From assembly GCA_038217285.1 (NCBI GenBank), contig JBBQPO010000134.1:1-16352 (forward strand): a DNA stretch of 16,352 bases, read 5' to 3'. A program made the translations under genes and the position numbers. Of the stretch, positions 8,277-16,352 are shown one piece after another. Numbering within the stretch: position 1 is the first letter of the stretch; every line of letters starts with the position of its first letter. Source of the stretch: Chthonomonadales bacterium. Lineage in GTDB: Bacteria > Armatimonadota > Chthonomonadetes > Chthonomonadales > Chthonomonadaceae. The notes beneath the pieces were generated by a model that ran no database searches, had not been told where the DNA came from, and worked only from the letters and a program-made list of their open reading frames with translations.

Positions 8277-10018
8277 GCGTAGAACGACGGACGAAGCTCT
8301 GGGTCGGCGTGGGACTCTCCATTGCGATCCTGCTAATGGTGGTTTTGCGGGGGGTGGCGCTGGATTCGGACGCCTATCCGCGCCTCTCCTGGAGCAGCGC
8401 CCTCCTCACCGATGAGGGCTTCTATATTCATAACGCTCGCAATCGCGTCCTCTTCGGACACGCGCAGACCGATCAGTTCAACAACAGTCTCATCATGCCT
8501 CTCCTGGACGCTCTGCAGACCGGCGTGTTCCATACCTTCGGGGTCGGCGCTGTGCAGGCGCGTGCCGTCTCGGTCGTGCTGGGACTGCTTACCCTGCCCG
8601 TCTTCTTCGACGGGCTGCGGCGCGCCTTCGGCCTGCACACGGCCTGTCTGGGGACGCTGCTGTTGGGGCTGGACCATGTGAGCCTGCTCTACTCGCGCCT
8701 GGCGCTCATGGATACTCCCGCCGCCTTCGTGCTGGTCTGCGCCTTCTGGCTCTGGGTAAGGAGCGGGGAGAGCGAGGGGGGGCATCGGGGTCGTGTGTGG
8801 CTGGGCCTGTGCGGGGTTGTGCTGGGTCTGTGTTACGGAGTGCGGGGTCTGGGAGCTCTGGTCTACCCGGTTCCGGTGTTGCTGTTGGGCCGCGAAGCCT
8901 GGCAGTTACGGGGCGTGGGGGGAGCGGGGAGAGGGCCGGGTCGGGTGGGGAGCTTGTTGTGGCTGGTGGGGGGTCTGGTGTTGACTCTGGGGGTGTACGG
9001 CCTCCTCTGGGTTGTGCCGCACCGGGCGGAGTTGGCGCGGGTCAACCACTACTATCTCTTCGATCAACTTATTCCCCATAGCCTGCTATCTGTTCGCCAG
9101 AATATGACGCACTCCCTGTTCGGCGATCAGCGCGGTTATAGCCCGTATCTTTTCCGGCACAGTCCGGTGCAGTTCGCTCTGGTGCTGTTCGGTCTTGCCG
9201 TGTGGTGCATCCGGCGGGGCCGAGTCGGGCTGAGGGATCCTGCGCGCAGGAACGCCATCTATCTCGGACTGTGGCTTTTGATCGCATGGCTGGTTTTCGG
9301 CGTGGTACGCTACGCTCCACCGCGGTACTACGTGCTTTTCTATCCGCCGATGGCGGGAATCGCCGCCCTGGTGCTGGACCATGTCGTGACCGTCGTGCGA
9401 ACGGTATGGCGCGACCGAACGGCGCGGGTTCTGCTTGGTGGGTTTCTGGCCTATCACCTGTACGAGTCCGCGCTGCATCATAGGAACCAGTTGACGGATG
9501 CGCTTCTGTATGGGGCGACAGCCCTGGTCGCCTTTGCGCTGTGCTTCCCGGAGCCTGGAAGACTGCGCAAGAAGGCCGTCATCGGAGGGCAAGGGACGTC
9601 CGCAGTTTTCGCGGTGTGGGCGATCATCAACGCCCTGTGGCTCGGGGACTGGCTGACGCATCTGAGCTACACCCAACGTGATGCCGACCGGTGGTTGGCG
9701 GACAATCTGCCGCCGCAGAGTGTCCTTATTGGAGACGCGGCTCCGGGCCTCTGCCTGAACAACCGTTTTGTTGCTGTCAATGTGATCCCCGGACTCTGCA
9801 ACGACCAGGACACGCTGGAGTCGTTCGCGTCGCGGCACCGTTATGTCGTCATTCTGGACGGGCGGCGGAATAGGGCCTGGTGGAGCAGCCGCTATCCGGA
9901 CGTCATTACCTGGAAAAACCAGAAGATTCAGTTTCTGCACCTGATCAATTTCGCAGTTTCCGTGTACGAAGTTCCGATGGACGCCGTGCCGACGTCACCC
10001 CTGATTCGGAAACAGTGA
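8273..10018 (+). CDS. Polytopic GT-C fold glycosyltransferase (ArnT / PMT_2 / GT39-like)
   Basis: First TM is followed by an LLTDEGFY (DE) loop; also ARAVSVVLGLL, YSRLALMD and PPRYYVLFYPP motifs, many TM segments and a soluble C-terminal domain. GTG start overlaps the lepB stop (GTGA). Confidence 0.8.
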   Translation: MSVERRTKLWVGVGLSIAILLMVVLRGVALDSDAYPRLSWSSALLTDEGFYIHNARNRVLFGHAQTDQFNNSLIMPLLDALQTGVFHTFGVGAVQARAVSVVLGLLTLPVFFDGLRRAFGLHTACLGTLLLGLDHVSLLYSRLALMDTPAAFVLVCAFWLWVRSGESEGGHRGRVWLGLCGVVLGLCYGVRGLGALVYPVPVLLLGREAWQLRGVGGAGRGPGRVGSLLWLVGGLVLTLGVYGLLWVVPHRAELARVNHYYLFDQLIPHSLLSVRQNMTHSLFGDQRGYSPYLFRHSPVQFALVLFGLAVWCIRRGRVGLRDPARRNAIYLGLWLLIAWLVFGVVRYAPPRYYVLFYPPMAGIAALVLDHVVTVVRTVWRDRTARVLLGGFLAYHLYESALHHRNQLTDALLYGATALVAFALCFPEPGRLRKKAVIGGQGTSAVFAVWAIINALWLGDWLTHLSYTQRDADRWLADNLPPQSVLIGDAAPGLCLNNRFVAVNVIPGLCNDQDTLESFASRHRYVVILDGRRNRAWWSSRYPDVITWKNQKIQFLHLINFAVSVYEVPMDAVPTSPLIRKQ

Positions 10019-10054
10019 TAACCACGGAACGGAGAGGCGACCCTATCTAACACT

Positions 10055-11755
10055 ATGCCAAGAGATACATCCATTCAGAAAGTCATGGTCATCGGCTCCG
10101 GGCCTATCATTATCGGGCAGGCCGCCGAATTCGACTATGCCGGCACCCAGGCCTGTCGCGCTCTTCGGGAGGAGGGCGTCTCGGTCGTGCTCATCAACTC
10201 CAACCCCGCGACGATCATGACCGATGTCGAGATCGCGGATCGCGTCTACATCGAGCCGCTCAATGTCGAGTTCGCAGAGCGCGTGATCGCCCGGGAGCGA
10301 CCGGATGGCCTGCTGCCGACGCTGGGCGGGCAGACGGGCCTCAACCTCGCCACGCAGCTCGCAGAGGCCGGGATACTCGACAAGTACAACGTTCGTCTGC
10401 TGGGAACGCCGCTGGCGTCTATTCGTAAGGCGGAGGACCGTGAAGAGTTCCGCGACCTGATGCGCGAGATCGGCGAACCGGTCCCCGAATCATGGATCGT
10501 CGAGGACGAGACGCACCTGGCGGAGCCGGCTGCGGCCGGTATCTGGCCGCTCATCGTCCGGCCCGCCTATACGCTCGGCGGCACTGGCGGCGGAATCGTG
10601 CACAACGTGACGGAACTCTATGAGACGGCGCGGCGCGGTCTGGCGCTCTCCATGCGGCATCAGGTGATGATCGAACGGTATCTGGCGGGCTGGAAAGAGA
10701 TCGAGTACGAGGTGATGCGCGACGCCAACGATACGGCGATCACGGTCTGCAACATGGAGAATTTCGACCCGATGGGCGTCCACACGGGCGACAGCATCGT
10801 GGTCGCGCCCTCGCAGACGCTCACCAACAAAGAGTACCAGATGCTCCGGACCGCCTCGCTGAAGATCATCCGCGCCCTCGGCATCGAGGGGGGCTGCAAC
10901 GTGCAGCTCTCCCTGAGTCCGTCTTCTTTCGACTACTATATTATCGAGGTGAATCCCCGTGTCTCGCGTTCGTCGGCGCTGGCATCGAAGGCGACCGGCT
11001 ACCCAATCGCCAGGGTCGCCGCCAAGATCGCGACGGGCCTGCATCTCGACGAGATCGAGAATGCCGTCACCAAAAAGACGCTGGCCTGCTTTGAGCCTGC
11101 GCTCGACTACTGCGTCGTCAAGATTCCGCGCTGGCCGTTCGACAAGTTCAGTATGGCGGATCGGCGCATCACCACGCAGATGAAGGCGACCGGCGAGGTC
11201 ATGGCCATCGACCGTTCGTTCGAAGCGGGCCTTCTCAAAGCCATTCGGTGTCTGGAGGTCGGCATCTACGGTCTGGCCAGCAAGACCGCCCACCAACTCA
11301 GCGACATCGAGCTTGAAGAGGCGATCCGTGTGCCGAACGACGAGCGGATCTGGGCGATCACCGAGGGCTTTCGGCGGGGTATGATGGTGGAGGAGATCAA
11401 CGCTCTGAGCAGCATCGATCCCTGGTTTCTGCGCAAACTCCAGGGACTGGTCCAACTGGAAACCAGGCTGAAGGTGAACGGCTCCGCCCTGGCCCGTCTC
11501 ACCAGTGACGACGAGACGGCGCAGACAGACGCCGAGCATCCGCGTACCGTGAGCCTGCTGAGGGAAGCCAAACGCGCCGGGTTCGCCGACCGCACGATTG
11601 CGGAGTTCGCAGGCGTTCCGGAAAAAGCGGTGCGCGCGCTCCGCAAACGTCTGGGCATCGTCCCCGTCTACAAAATGGTGGATACCTGCGCCGCCGAGTT
11701 CGAGGCAGCGACACCCTATTACTACTCCTGCTACGATACCGAGGACGAGGTTTAG
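10055..11755 (+). CDS. carB: Carbamoyl-phosphate synthase large subunit, N-terminal half (carboxyphosphate ATP-grasp + oligomerisation domain)
   Basis: Motifs [60 protein letters not shown] and [22 protein letters not shown]. Ends [33 protein letters not shown] at 566 aa, about half of a normal CarB. Confidence 0.96.
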   Translation: MPRDTSIQKVMVIGSGPIIIGQAAEFDYAGTQACRALREEGVSVVLINSNPATIMTDVEIADRVYIEPLNVEFAERVIARERPDGLLPTLGGQTGLNLATQLAEAGILDKYNVRLLGTPLASIRKAEDREEFRDLMREIGEPVPESWIVEDETHLAEPAAAGIWPLIVRPAYTLGGTGGGIVHNVTELYETARRGLALSMRHQVMIERYLAGWKEIEYEVMRDANDTAITVCNMENFDPMGVHTGDSIVVAPSQTLTNKEYQMLRTASLKIIRALGIEGGCNVQLSLSPSSFDYYIIEVNPRVSRSSALASKATGYPIARVAAKIATGLHLDEIENAVTKKTLACFEPALDYCVVKIPRWPFDKFSMADRRITTQMKATGEVMAIDRSFEAGLLKAIRCLEVGIYGLASKTAHQLSDIELEEAIRVPNDERIWAITEGFRRGMMVEEINALSSIDPWFLRKLQGLVQLETRLKVNGSALARLTSDDETAQTDAEHPRTVSLLREAKRAGFADRTIAEFAGVPEKAVRALRKRLGIVPVYKMVDTCAAEFEAATPYYYSCYDTEDEV

Positions 11756-11821
11756 ATGTCTGAAGACCGGTATGTACTGGCGACGGCGCGGTAATGGGGC
11801 AAGACCGCTGGAGTTGGAAAC

Positions 11822-11851
11822 GTGACTTTTGCGGAGGCAGGCGCGTATGAT
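11822..11851 (+). promoter_or_regulatory. Possible internal sigma70 promoter
   Basis: GTGACT (11822-11827), 18 nt, TATGAT (11846-11851), in the 141-nt gap that is the longest within the cluster. The -35 is only a 4/6 match. Confidence 0.35.
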
Positions 11852-11896
11852 ACAGGTGACTGCCGCGAAGTGAGGAACGGACAGAGGGGTGCCAGG

Positions 11897-12874
11897 ATGC
11901 GGATCGGACTGGATGAAATAGACCCGCGCATCGCGGAGGCGATCACAGACCGTCTCTGCGCCTCTTTGAACGAGTTCCTGCGCGATGATATTCGCTGGGG
12001 ATCGTTCCAATCCCTGCCGATCTCGTGGGAGGTCAAGGGCGGCAGCGTAAAAGTGAAGCGGCGGCGGGACCCGAGCGAAGAAGAGAGGCTCGCCTATGCC
12101 CTGCGGCGTCGGCGCGACGAACAGGTTTCGATGCGGGCGCTTGGGGCCGCCTTCCTCCCCAGCGTGGCCGGGACCGCTATCGGTTGGGCGATTGCCGGCG
12201 GCACACCGGCGGCGGGACTGGCGGCGGGGCTCTCCGTCTGGGCCCTGGGGACGGGAATAGGAGTCTATTGGACGAAGCGGGCGACACCGCGCGAGCGGCT
12301 GCGCAAAAGTGTGCAGTTGGAGGAGCTGCGCTCGGTACTGCCACTGCTCACGTTGACGCGCGCGGAGCGTGTCTACTGCGACGCCCTTCTGCTCCTGTCG
12401 CGAACGGATGCCACGCCGGAGGCGGAAAACACACTGCGCTCCACCTTGCTCCAACTGAACGATCTGCTGACCAGTAGCCGGCAGTTGGAGCACCGACGGG
12501 CCACCCTGCTGCCTCTGCTGGGGCAGCATGCGATTTCAGAGCTGGAAGCGGAGTTTCAGGCCCTCGGCAGGCGACTGGACCAGGCGACCGACGGCATCAC
12601 ACGCAATATGATCCAGCAGAGCCTCCAGATGTGCGCCACGCGTATCGAGAATGCAAGGGCGTTTGCGCAGGGGCTGGAGCGCCTCAATGCGCAACAAGAG
12701 GCGATCGTCCACACGCTCTCGTCCGCGCTTTCAGCCATGGCGCGGCTGCAGATCCTCTCCGATCCACAAACGGAAGTCGCGGCTCAGGAGATCGCCCGAT
12801 CCGTCGCCACTATGAACCAGCAGACCCGGTCTGTCGAGCAGGCGGTCGAAGAGGTGATGTCGCTGCGCGGGTAG
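11897..12874 (+). CDS. Uncharacterised membrane-anchored helical/coiled-coil protein (paralogue A)
   Basis: Start reassigned to ATG 11897 (GAGGGG at 11884-11889) because it aligns with the start of the next gene. Gly/Ala-rich two-helix hydrophobic segment, then a long amphipathic helical region. 325 aa. Confidence 0.85.
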   Translation: MRIGLDEIDPRIAEAITDRLCASLNEFLRDDIRWGSFQSLPISWEVKGGSVKVKRRRDPSEEERLAYALRRRRDEQVSMRALGAAFLPSVAGTAIGWAIAGGTPAAGLAAGLSVWALGTGIGVYWTKRATPRERLRKSVQLEELRSVLPLLTLTRAERVYCDALLLLSRTDATPEAENTLRSTLLQLNDLLTSSRQLEHRRATLLPLLGQHAISELEAEFQALGRRLDQATDGITRNMIQQSLQMCATRIENARAFAQGLERLNAQQEAIVHTLSSALSAMARLQILSDPQTEVAAQEIARSVATMNQQTRSVEQAVEEVMSLRG

Positions 12875-12940
12875 GGGTGAGACTCGAAGGGGCTTCCGCC
12901 GACAGGCCCTCGGATCTTGGTTAACACGGATGGAGACTCT

Positions 12941-13810
12941 ATGCGAATCGGCCTCGAACATATCGATCCTAAAATTGCCGCCGCGATGCGCGAACGCCTG
13001 TGCGCTCCCAGCATAACCTTTTTGAACGATAATATCCGCTGGGTGGAGGCAGAAGAGACCTCCCTGATTCGGCTATTCCTCAATCAGGCGCTGCGGCGCC
13101 CCGAACAGCGTCAACCGGAGGAGGCCGAACGTCTGGCCCAACTGGTGCATCACCAGCGTGAGCGGATGACCCGTCAGCGCGCCGCCATCACTGTCGCGGC
13201 CTCTCTTGTCGGGGCGGGCCTGATCGGAATGCTGTTCTTACAACTGGTGGCCGGGAGTCTCTGGGTCGGGGGCGGGGTCGGGCTTGTGGTAGGAATTACC
13301 GGACTGGTGGTGGGTGGCATCTGGACGTGGAATGCAACGTCCTTCCACGAGCTTTACTACGAAGTCGCGCTTGCCGAGTTTCAGGCGGTGGTTCCCCTGC
13401 TGACGCTCACGGAGCTGGAAGCGGCCTACTGCGACCTACTTACCAGGGTATGCGATAAAGACCCGAACCAGGAAGCGCGCCGCGCCGTGCGGCGCCATAT
13501 CGTGAAGGTCAAAGAGTTTGTCGCCCTCGGAAGGCAGTTGGACGCGCTGGCCGATGCCGCCCTCCAAACGGGGGACGCCGCCCTTCAAGAGCGCATCGAG
13601 ATCGCTCAGGAGGATCTCGTCGAGGCCGTCGATGAGATAGCCGACGCTCTCTGCGCCATCCTGGTGGTCCCGAGCCCGGCGGGAGATCACGCGTCGGAGA
13701 GGATCGAGACAGAGTTACAGGTCCATCGGAAAGCGGTAGAGGAGCTGGCGGCTCAGGCCTCCTCCGTACAACCCGTGGACCGCAAACGTCGCCGCGAAAA
13801 GGTGTCGTAA
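12941..13810 (+). CDS. Uncharacterised membrane-anchored helical protein (paralogue B)
   Basis: ATG 12941 with GGAG at 12932-12935. By hand alignment it shares 21 of the first 34 residues with paralogue A and the PLLTLTxxExxYCD motif, with the same TM-hairpin layout. 289 aa. Confidence 0.85.
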   Translation: MRIGLEHIDPKIAAAMRERLCAPSITFLNDNIRWVEAEETSLIRLFLNQALRRPEQRQPEEAERLAQLVHHQRERMTRQRAAITVAASLVGAGLIGMLFLQLVAGSLWVGGGVGLVVGITGLVVGGIWTWNATSFHELYYEVALAEFQAVVPLLTLTELEAAYCDLLTRVCDKDPNQEARRAVRRHIVKVKEFVALGRQLDALADAALQTGDAALQERIEIAQEDLVEAVDEIADALCAILVVPSPAGDHASERIETELQVHRKAVEELAAQASSVQPVDRKRRREKVS

Positions 13811-13846
13811 CAGGAAGTGACCGTTACGGCAAGGGAGAATCTGGAT

Positions 13847-15427
13847 TTGAGTGAACCACGTAAGAAAATCGTCGTGATCGGCTCCGGCCCTATTCGGATC
13901 GGGCAGGGCATCGAGTTCGACTACTGCTCCGTCCACTGCGTCTGGGCGCTGCGCGAAGCGGGGTACGACGCGATTATCATCAACAACAACCCCGAGACCG
14001 TCTCCACCGATTTCGACACCTCGGATCGTCTCTTCTTCGAACCGCTCACCTCCGAGGATGTTCTGAATATTCTGGACCGCGAGGAGCCGGAGGGAGTCAT
14101 CGTGCAGTTTGGCGGACAGACCGCGATCAATCTCGCCAAACCCCTGCACGACAACGGGATTCGGATCTTCGGCAGCTCCTTCGATTCGATCGACCTTGCC
14201 GAAGACCGCGACCGGTTCGAGAGGGTTCTCAATGAACTCGATATTCCCAAGCCGGCGGGCCGCGCCGTCGTCACTGCCGAGGCGGCGGTCGCCGTGGCCG
14301 AAGAGATCGGGTATCCGGTGCTGGTGCGCCCCTCGTACGTACTGGGTGGGCGGGCCATGGAGATCGTCTACAACCGATCCGATCTGGAACGGTATATGCA
14401 CTATGCGGTGGATGTATCCCCGAAGGCCCCGATCCTGGTGGACAGGTATGTCCTGGGTAAAGAGGTCGAAGTGGATGTCATCAGCGACGGTGTCGACTGT
14501 CTGCTACCGGGGATCATGGAGCATATCGAGCGCGCCGGGGTCCATTCGGGCGACAGCATGGCGGTCTATCCGCCCCAGACGCTTTCGCAAGACGTGATCG
14601 ATCAGATCGTGCGCCATGCCACTCTGCTCGCGCAGCGGCTCGAAGTGCGGGGTCTGATGAATATACAGTTCGTCGTGGACAGCGCGACCAACACCGCGCA
14701 GGTGCTGGAAGTCAATCCGCGCGCCTCCCGCACCGTGCCCTATCTGAGCAAGATCACGGGAATCCCGATGGTGCGGGTCGCCACGCACGTCATGCTGGGC
14801 AAGAGCCTGAAAGAGCAGGGTTACGCGTCCGGCCTCTACCCGAACCAGGGCAGTATCGCTGTGAAAGCCCCGGTCTTCTCCTTCATGAAATTGACGCAGG
14901 TCGATATCGGCCTCGGCCCGGAGATGAAGAGCACCGGCGAAGTGATGGGGCTCGATTCGCGTTACCCGCAGGCGCTTTACAAAGCGATGACGGCCTCGGG
15001 CATCGTGGTGCCGGCAGGCGGTCATCTCATCGTCACTATTGCGGACGCCGACAAGGCGGAGGCCGTCCCGATCGTTCGGGACTTCTCCGCGCTGGGCTTC
15101 CGGATCTACGCGACAGCGGGCACGGCGGAGTTCCTGCGGGCCCAGGGCATCGAAACCGAAACGGTGAAAAAGCTGCACGAAGGGGAGGGGAACATCGTCG
15201 ATCTACTGCGGAGCGGACAGATCGATCTCCTGATCAATACGCTCTCCAGCGACAAACGGATCGAGCGGGAAGCTATCCGTATTCGGCGCGCGAGCGTCGA
15301 GGTCGGCGTTCCCTGTCTGACCAGTCTGGATACCGCCCGTGCGCTACTGCTCGCCCTCTCCGCCCGCAACCACGGCGAAGAGTTCGCACTGGCAACCGTA
15401 GACGAGTATCTTGTCGGCGTGAAATAG
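13847..15427 (+). CDS. carB: Carbamoyl-phosphate synthase large subunit, C-terminal half (carbamate ATP-grasp + MGS-like allosteric domain)
   Basis: Motifs [86 protein letters not shown] and IRRASVE. TTG 13847 is preferred (AAGGGAG 9 nt upstream); GTG 13817 is the alternative but its SD spacing is poor. Confidence 0.96.
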   Translation: MSEPRKKIVVIGSGPIRIGQGIEFDYCSVHCVWALREAGYDAIIINNNPETVSTDFDTSDRLFFEPLTSEDVLNILDREEPEGVIVQFGGQTAINLAKPLHDNGIRIFGSSFDSIDLAEDRDRFERVLNELDIPKPAGRAVVTAEAAVAVAEEIGYPVLVRPSYVLGGRAMEIVYNRSDLERYMHYAVDVSPKAPILVDRYVLGKEVEVDVISDGVDCLLPGIMEHIERAGVHSGDSMAVYPPQTLSQDVIDQIVRHATLLAQRLEVRGLMNIQFVVDSATNTAQVLEVNPRASRTVPYLSKITGIPMVRVATHVMLGKSLKEQGYASGLYPNQGSIAVKAPVFSFMKLTQVDIGLGPEMKSTGEVMGLDSRYPQALYKAMTASGIVVPAGGHLIVTIADADKAEAVPIVRDFSALGFRIYATAGTAEFLRAQGIETETVKKLHEGEGNIVDLLRSGQIDLLINTLSSDKRIEREAIRIRRASVEVGVPCLTSLDTARALLLALSARNHGEEFALATVDEYLVGVK

Positions 15428-15478
15428 AACCGAAGCGTATCGATCCCCGATGAATGCAATTGGTATGCGCATTGGGGC

Positions 15479-15503
15479 GGTCAAGGGATAACATCCCTTG
15501 ACT
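15479..15503. terminator. Inverted repeat after carB C-half: possible terminator, operator or REP-like element
   Basis: GTCAAGGGAT-AAC-ATCCCTTGAC is a perfect 10-bp stem (15480-15502) with only a weak U tail. A second hairpin, CCCCGATG/CATTGGGG (15445-15477), precedes it. Confidence 0.45.
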
Positions 15504-15585
15504 TGTCGGCGTGAAGTAGGAAGATCAAGGGACGTTGTCCCTCGCTACACGCGTAGTATGGGAACCCCTGCTGGAGAAACAGGTC

Positions 15586-16041
15586 ATGCGTTCTTCGATC
15601 TCATATTACGTCGTTATTTTGCTTTACTGTCTCGTCGGTCTACATCAAGCAGACAGGCAGAGTCTTCTGCCTCACGGCGAGAGCGAAACGCAAAAACCAC
15701 TTAACAAGGTGGATCCCGGCGCCATGGCTTTGCTGCAACAGTTAGATGCGACCTACAAATCGATGCAATCGTTTTCGGTAGAACTTGCCGAAGAAGCCGT
15801 GAGTACCGACGGGCGTATATTGGTCTCGCGCCGGGCGCAACTTGCCTTTCGCAGGCTGGACCGCCTCACTTTTATCACAGGATCGACCGCCGAACGGTTT
15901 TTTGAACCGAGCAAGGTAATCTCGGATGGCCATCATGCCTTTCTTATGCTTGCCCGTACGCCCTATGCGTATAGTGAACTCCCGGATAATTCGCGCGGTA
16001 GTCGAGATCATTTACTTTACCAGGCTACCATCCAATTATAG
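15586..16041 (+). pseudogene. Exported LolA-fold / DUF2092-like protein, probably 3'-truncated
   Basis: ATG 15586 with GGAG at 15573-15576 and a hydrophobic N-terminus. The segment DPGAMALLQQLDATYKSMQSFS...LAFRRLDRL...VISDG resembles the LolA-like/DUF2092 pattern as I recall it. Only 151 aa, and its TAG lies within a putative IS end. Confidence 0.5.
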
Positions 16042-16352
16042 TGGTCGGGTTTGTCAAGACACGGATCAGACCATTTTTAAGTTAGATCCGTCTCCTTTCT
16101 GTGGGAACTTGTTCCCTCGGTCGATTGAGGTGGGATAACCTCGGGGAAGCGTCACGTGACGCTTCCAGCAGTGCGCGACGAACCGGGCTTGGGTCTGCCA
16201 TAAAGAGGTGACTGTGTCGTTCCGACGTGTCCGTTTCTGGTGCGATGGTGCCGTGACTGTTTCTGCTCGCCCGAAAGCAAGCCGCCGGTCCTTCTACGCT
16301 TTCTGTTTCCTGTGGCGGGCGCCGTTCCTGTGTCCCTTTGGGCAGGTAGTCC
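16037..16352 (-). mobile_element. Probable right end of an IS3-family insertion sequence (continues beyond the window)
   Basis: Minus strand ends ...CTAACTTAAAAATGGTCTGATCCGTGTCTTGACAAACCCGACCACTATA. This resembles IS3-family right ends as I recall them and carries an outward-facing perfect TTGACA. No transposase motif is visible in the window. Confidence 0.45.
16145..16166. repeat. Perfect 22-bp palindrome
   Basis: GGAAGCGTCACGTGACGCTTCC equals its own reverse complement. Confidence 0.9.

Noticed and set aside
11756-13846. Mobile-element insertion as the cause of the carB split
   Set aside because: No transposase or integrase, terminal inverted repeats or target duplication were seen, and composition looks like the flanking genes.
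10055-15427. Both carB halves and the two intervening genes share one reading frame, suggesting read-through, an intein or an intron
   Set aside because: Five in-frame stops of all three types intervene (11753, 11792, 12872, 12878, 13808). The three downstream genes have their own SDs, and no intein or intron motifs are visible. Frame sharing has about a 1-in-27 chance of arising at random.
2543-15459. Long minus-strand ORFs (2543-3607, 2982-3950, 3978-4904, 5114-7375, 9086-9940, 10490-12529, 13715-14401, 14504-15178 and others)
   Set aside because: They lie opposite well-identified genes and show no recognisable motifs, as expected for shadow frames in high-GC DNA.
16035-16057. Perfect TTGACA and TATAAT on the minus strand as a promoter
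   Set aside because: The spacer is only 11 nt, and the hexamer at 17 nt (TGGATG) is not a -10.
16171-16352. GTGCG after a hairpin as a group IIC intron 5' end
   Set aside because: Only a 5-nt match, with no domain I features recognised. The IS-end reading fits better.
16082-16352. Open minus-strand frame entering from the right edge (DYLPKGTQ...ERRRI-stop)
   Set aside because: No recognisable motif, and alternative frames are also open. It cannot be called without the upstream sequence.

Overview
GC-rich bacterial DNA. Armatimonadota is my guess from the protein repertoire and is inference only. Most of the window is a + strand pyrimidine-biosynthesis cluster. It has a near-consensus sigma70 promoter and a complete PyrR attenuator, followed by pyrR, pyrB, pyrC, a YtcJ-like amidohydrolase, carA, a signal peptidase I, a GT-C (ArnT/PMT-like) glycosyltransferase, carB N-half, two paralogous uncharacterised membrane/helical proteins and carB C-half. 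The main oddity is that carB is split cleanly at the junction of its two homologous halves, with a pair of related unknown genes between the pieces. Transcribed divergently on the left is a secreted Ser/Thr-rich protein with ~95-aa Ig-like tandem repeats; it runs off the window and is missing from the ORF track. On the right, a LolA/DUF2092-like exported-protein gene appears truncated by what looks like the end of an IS3-family element. No rRNA, tRNA or CRISPR array was recognised.
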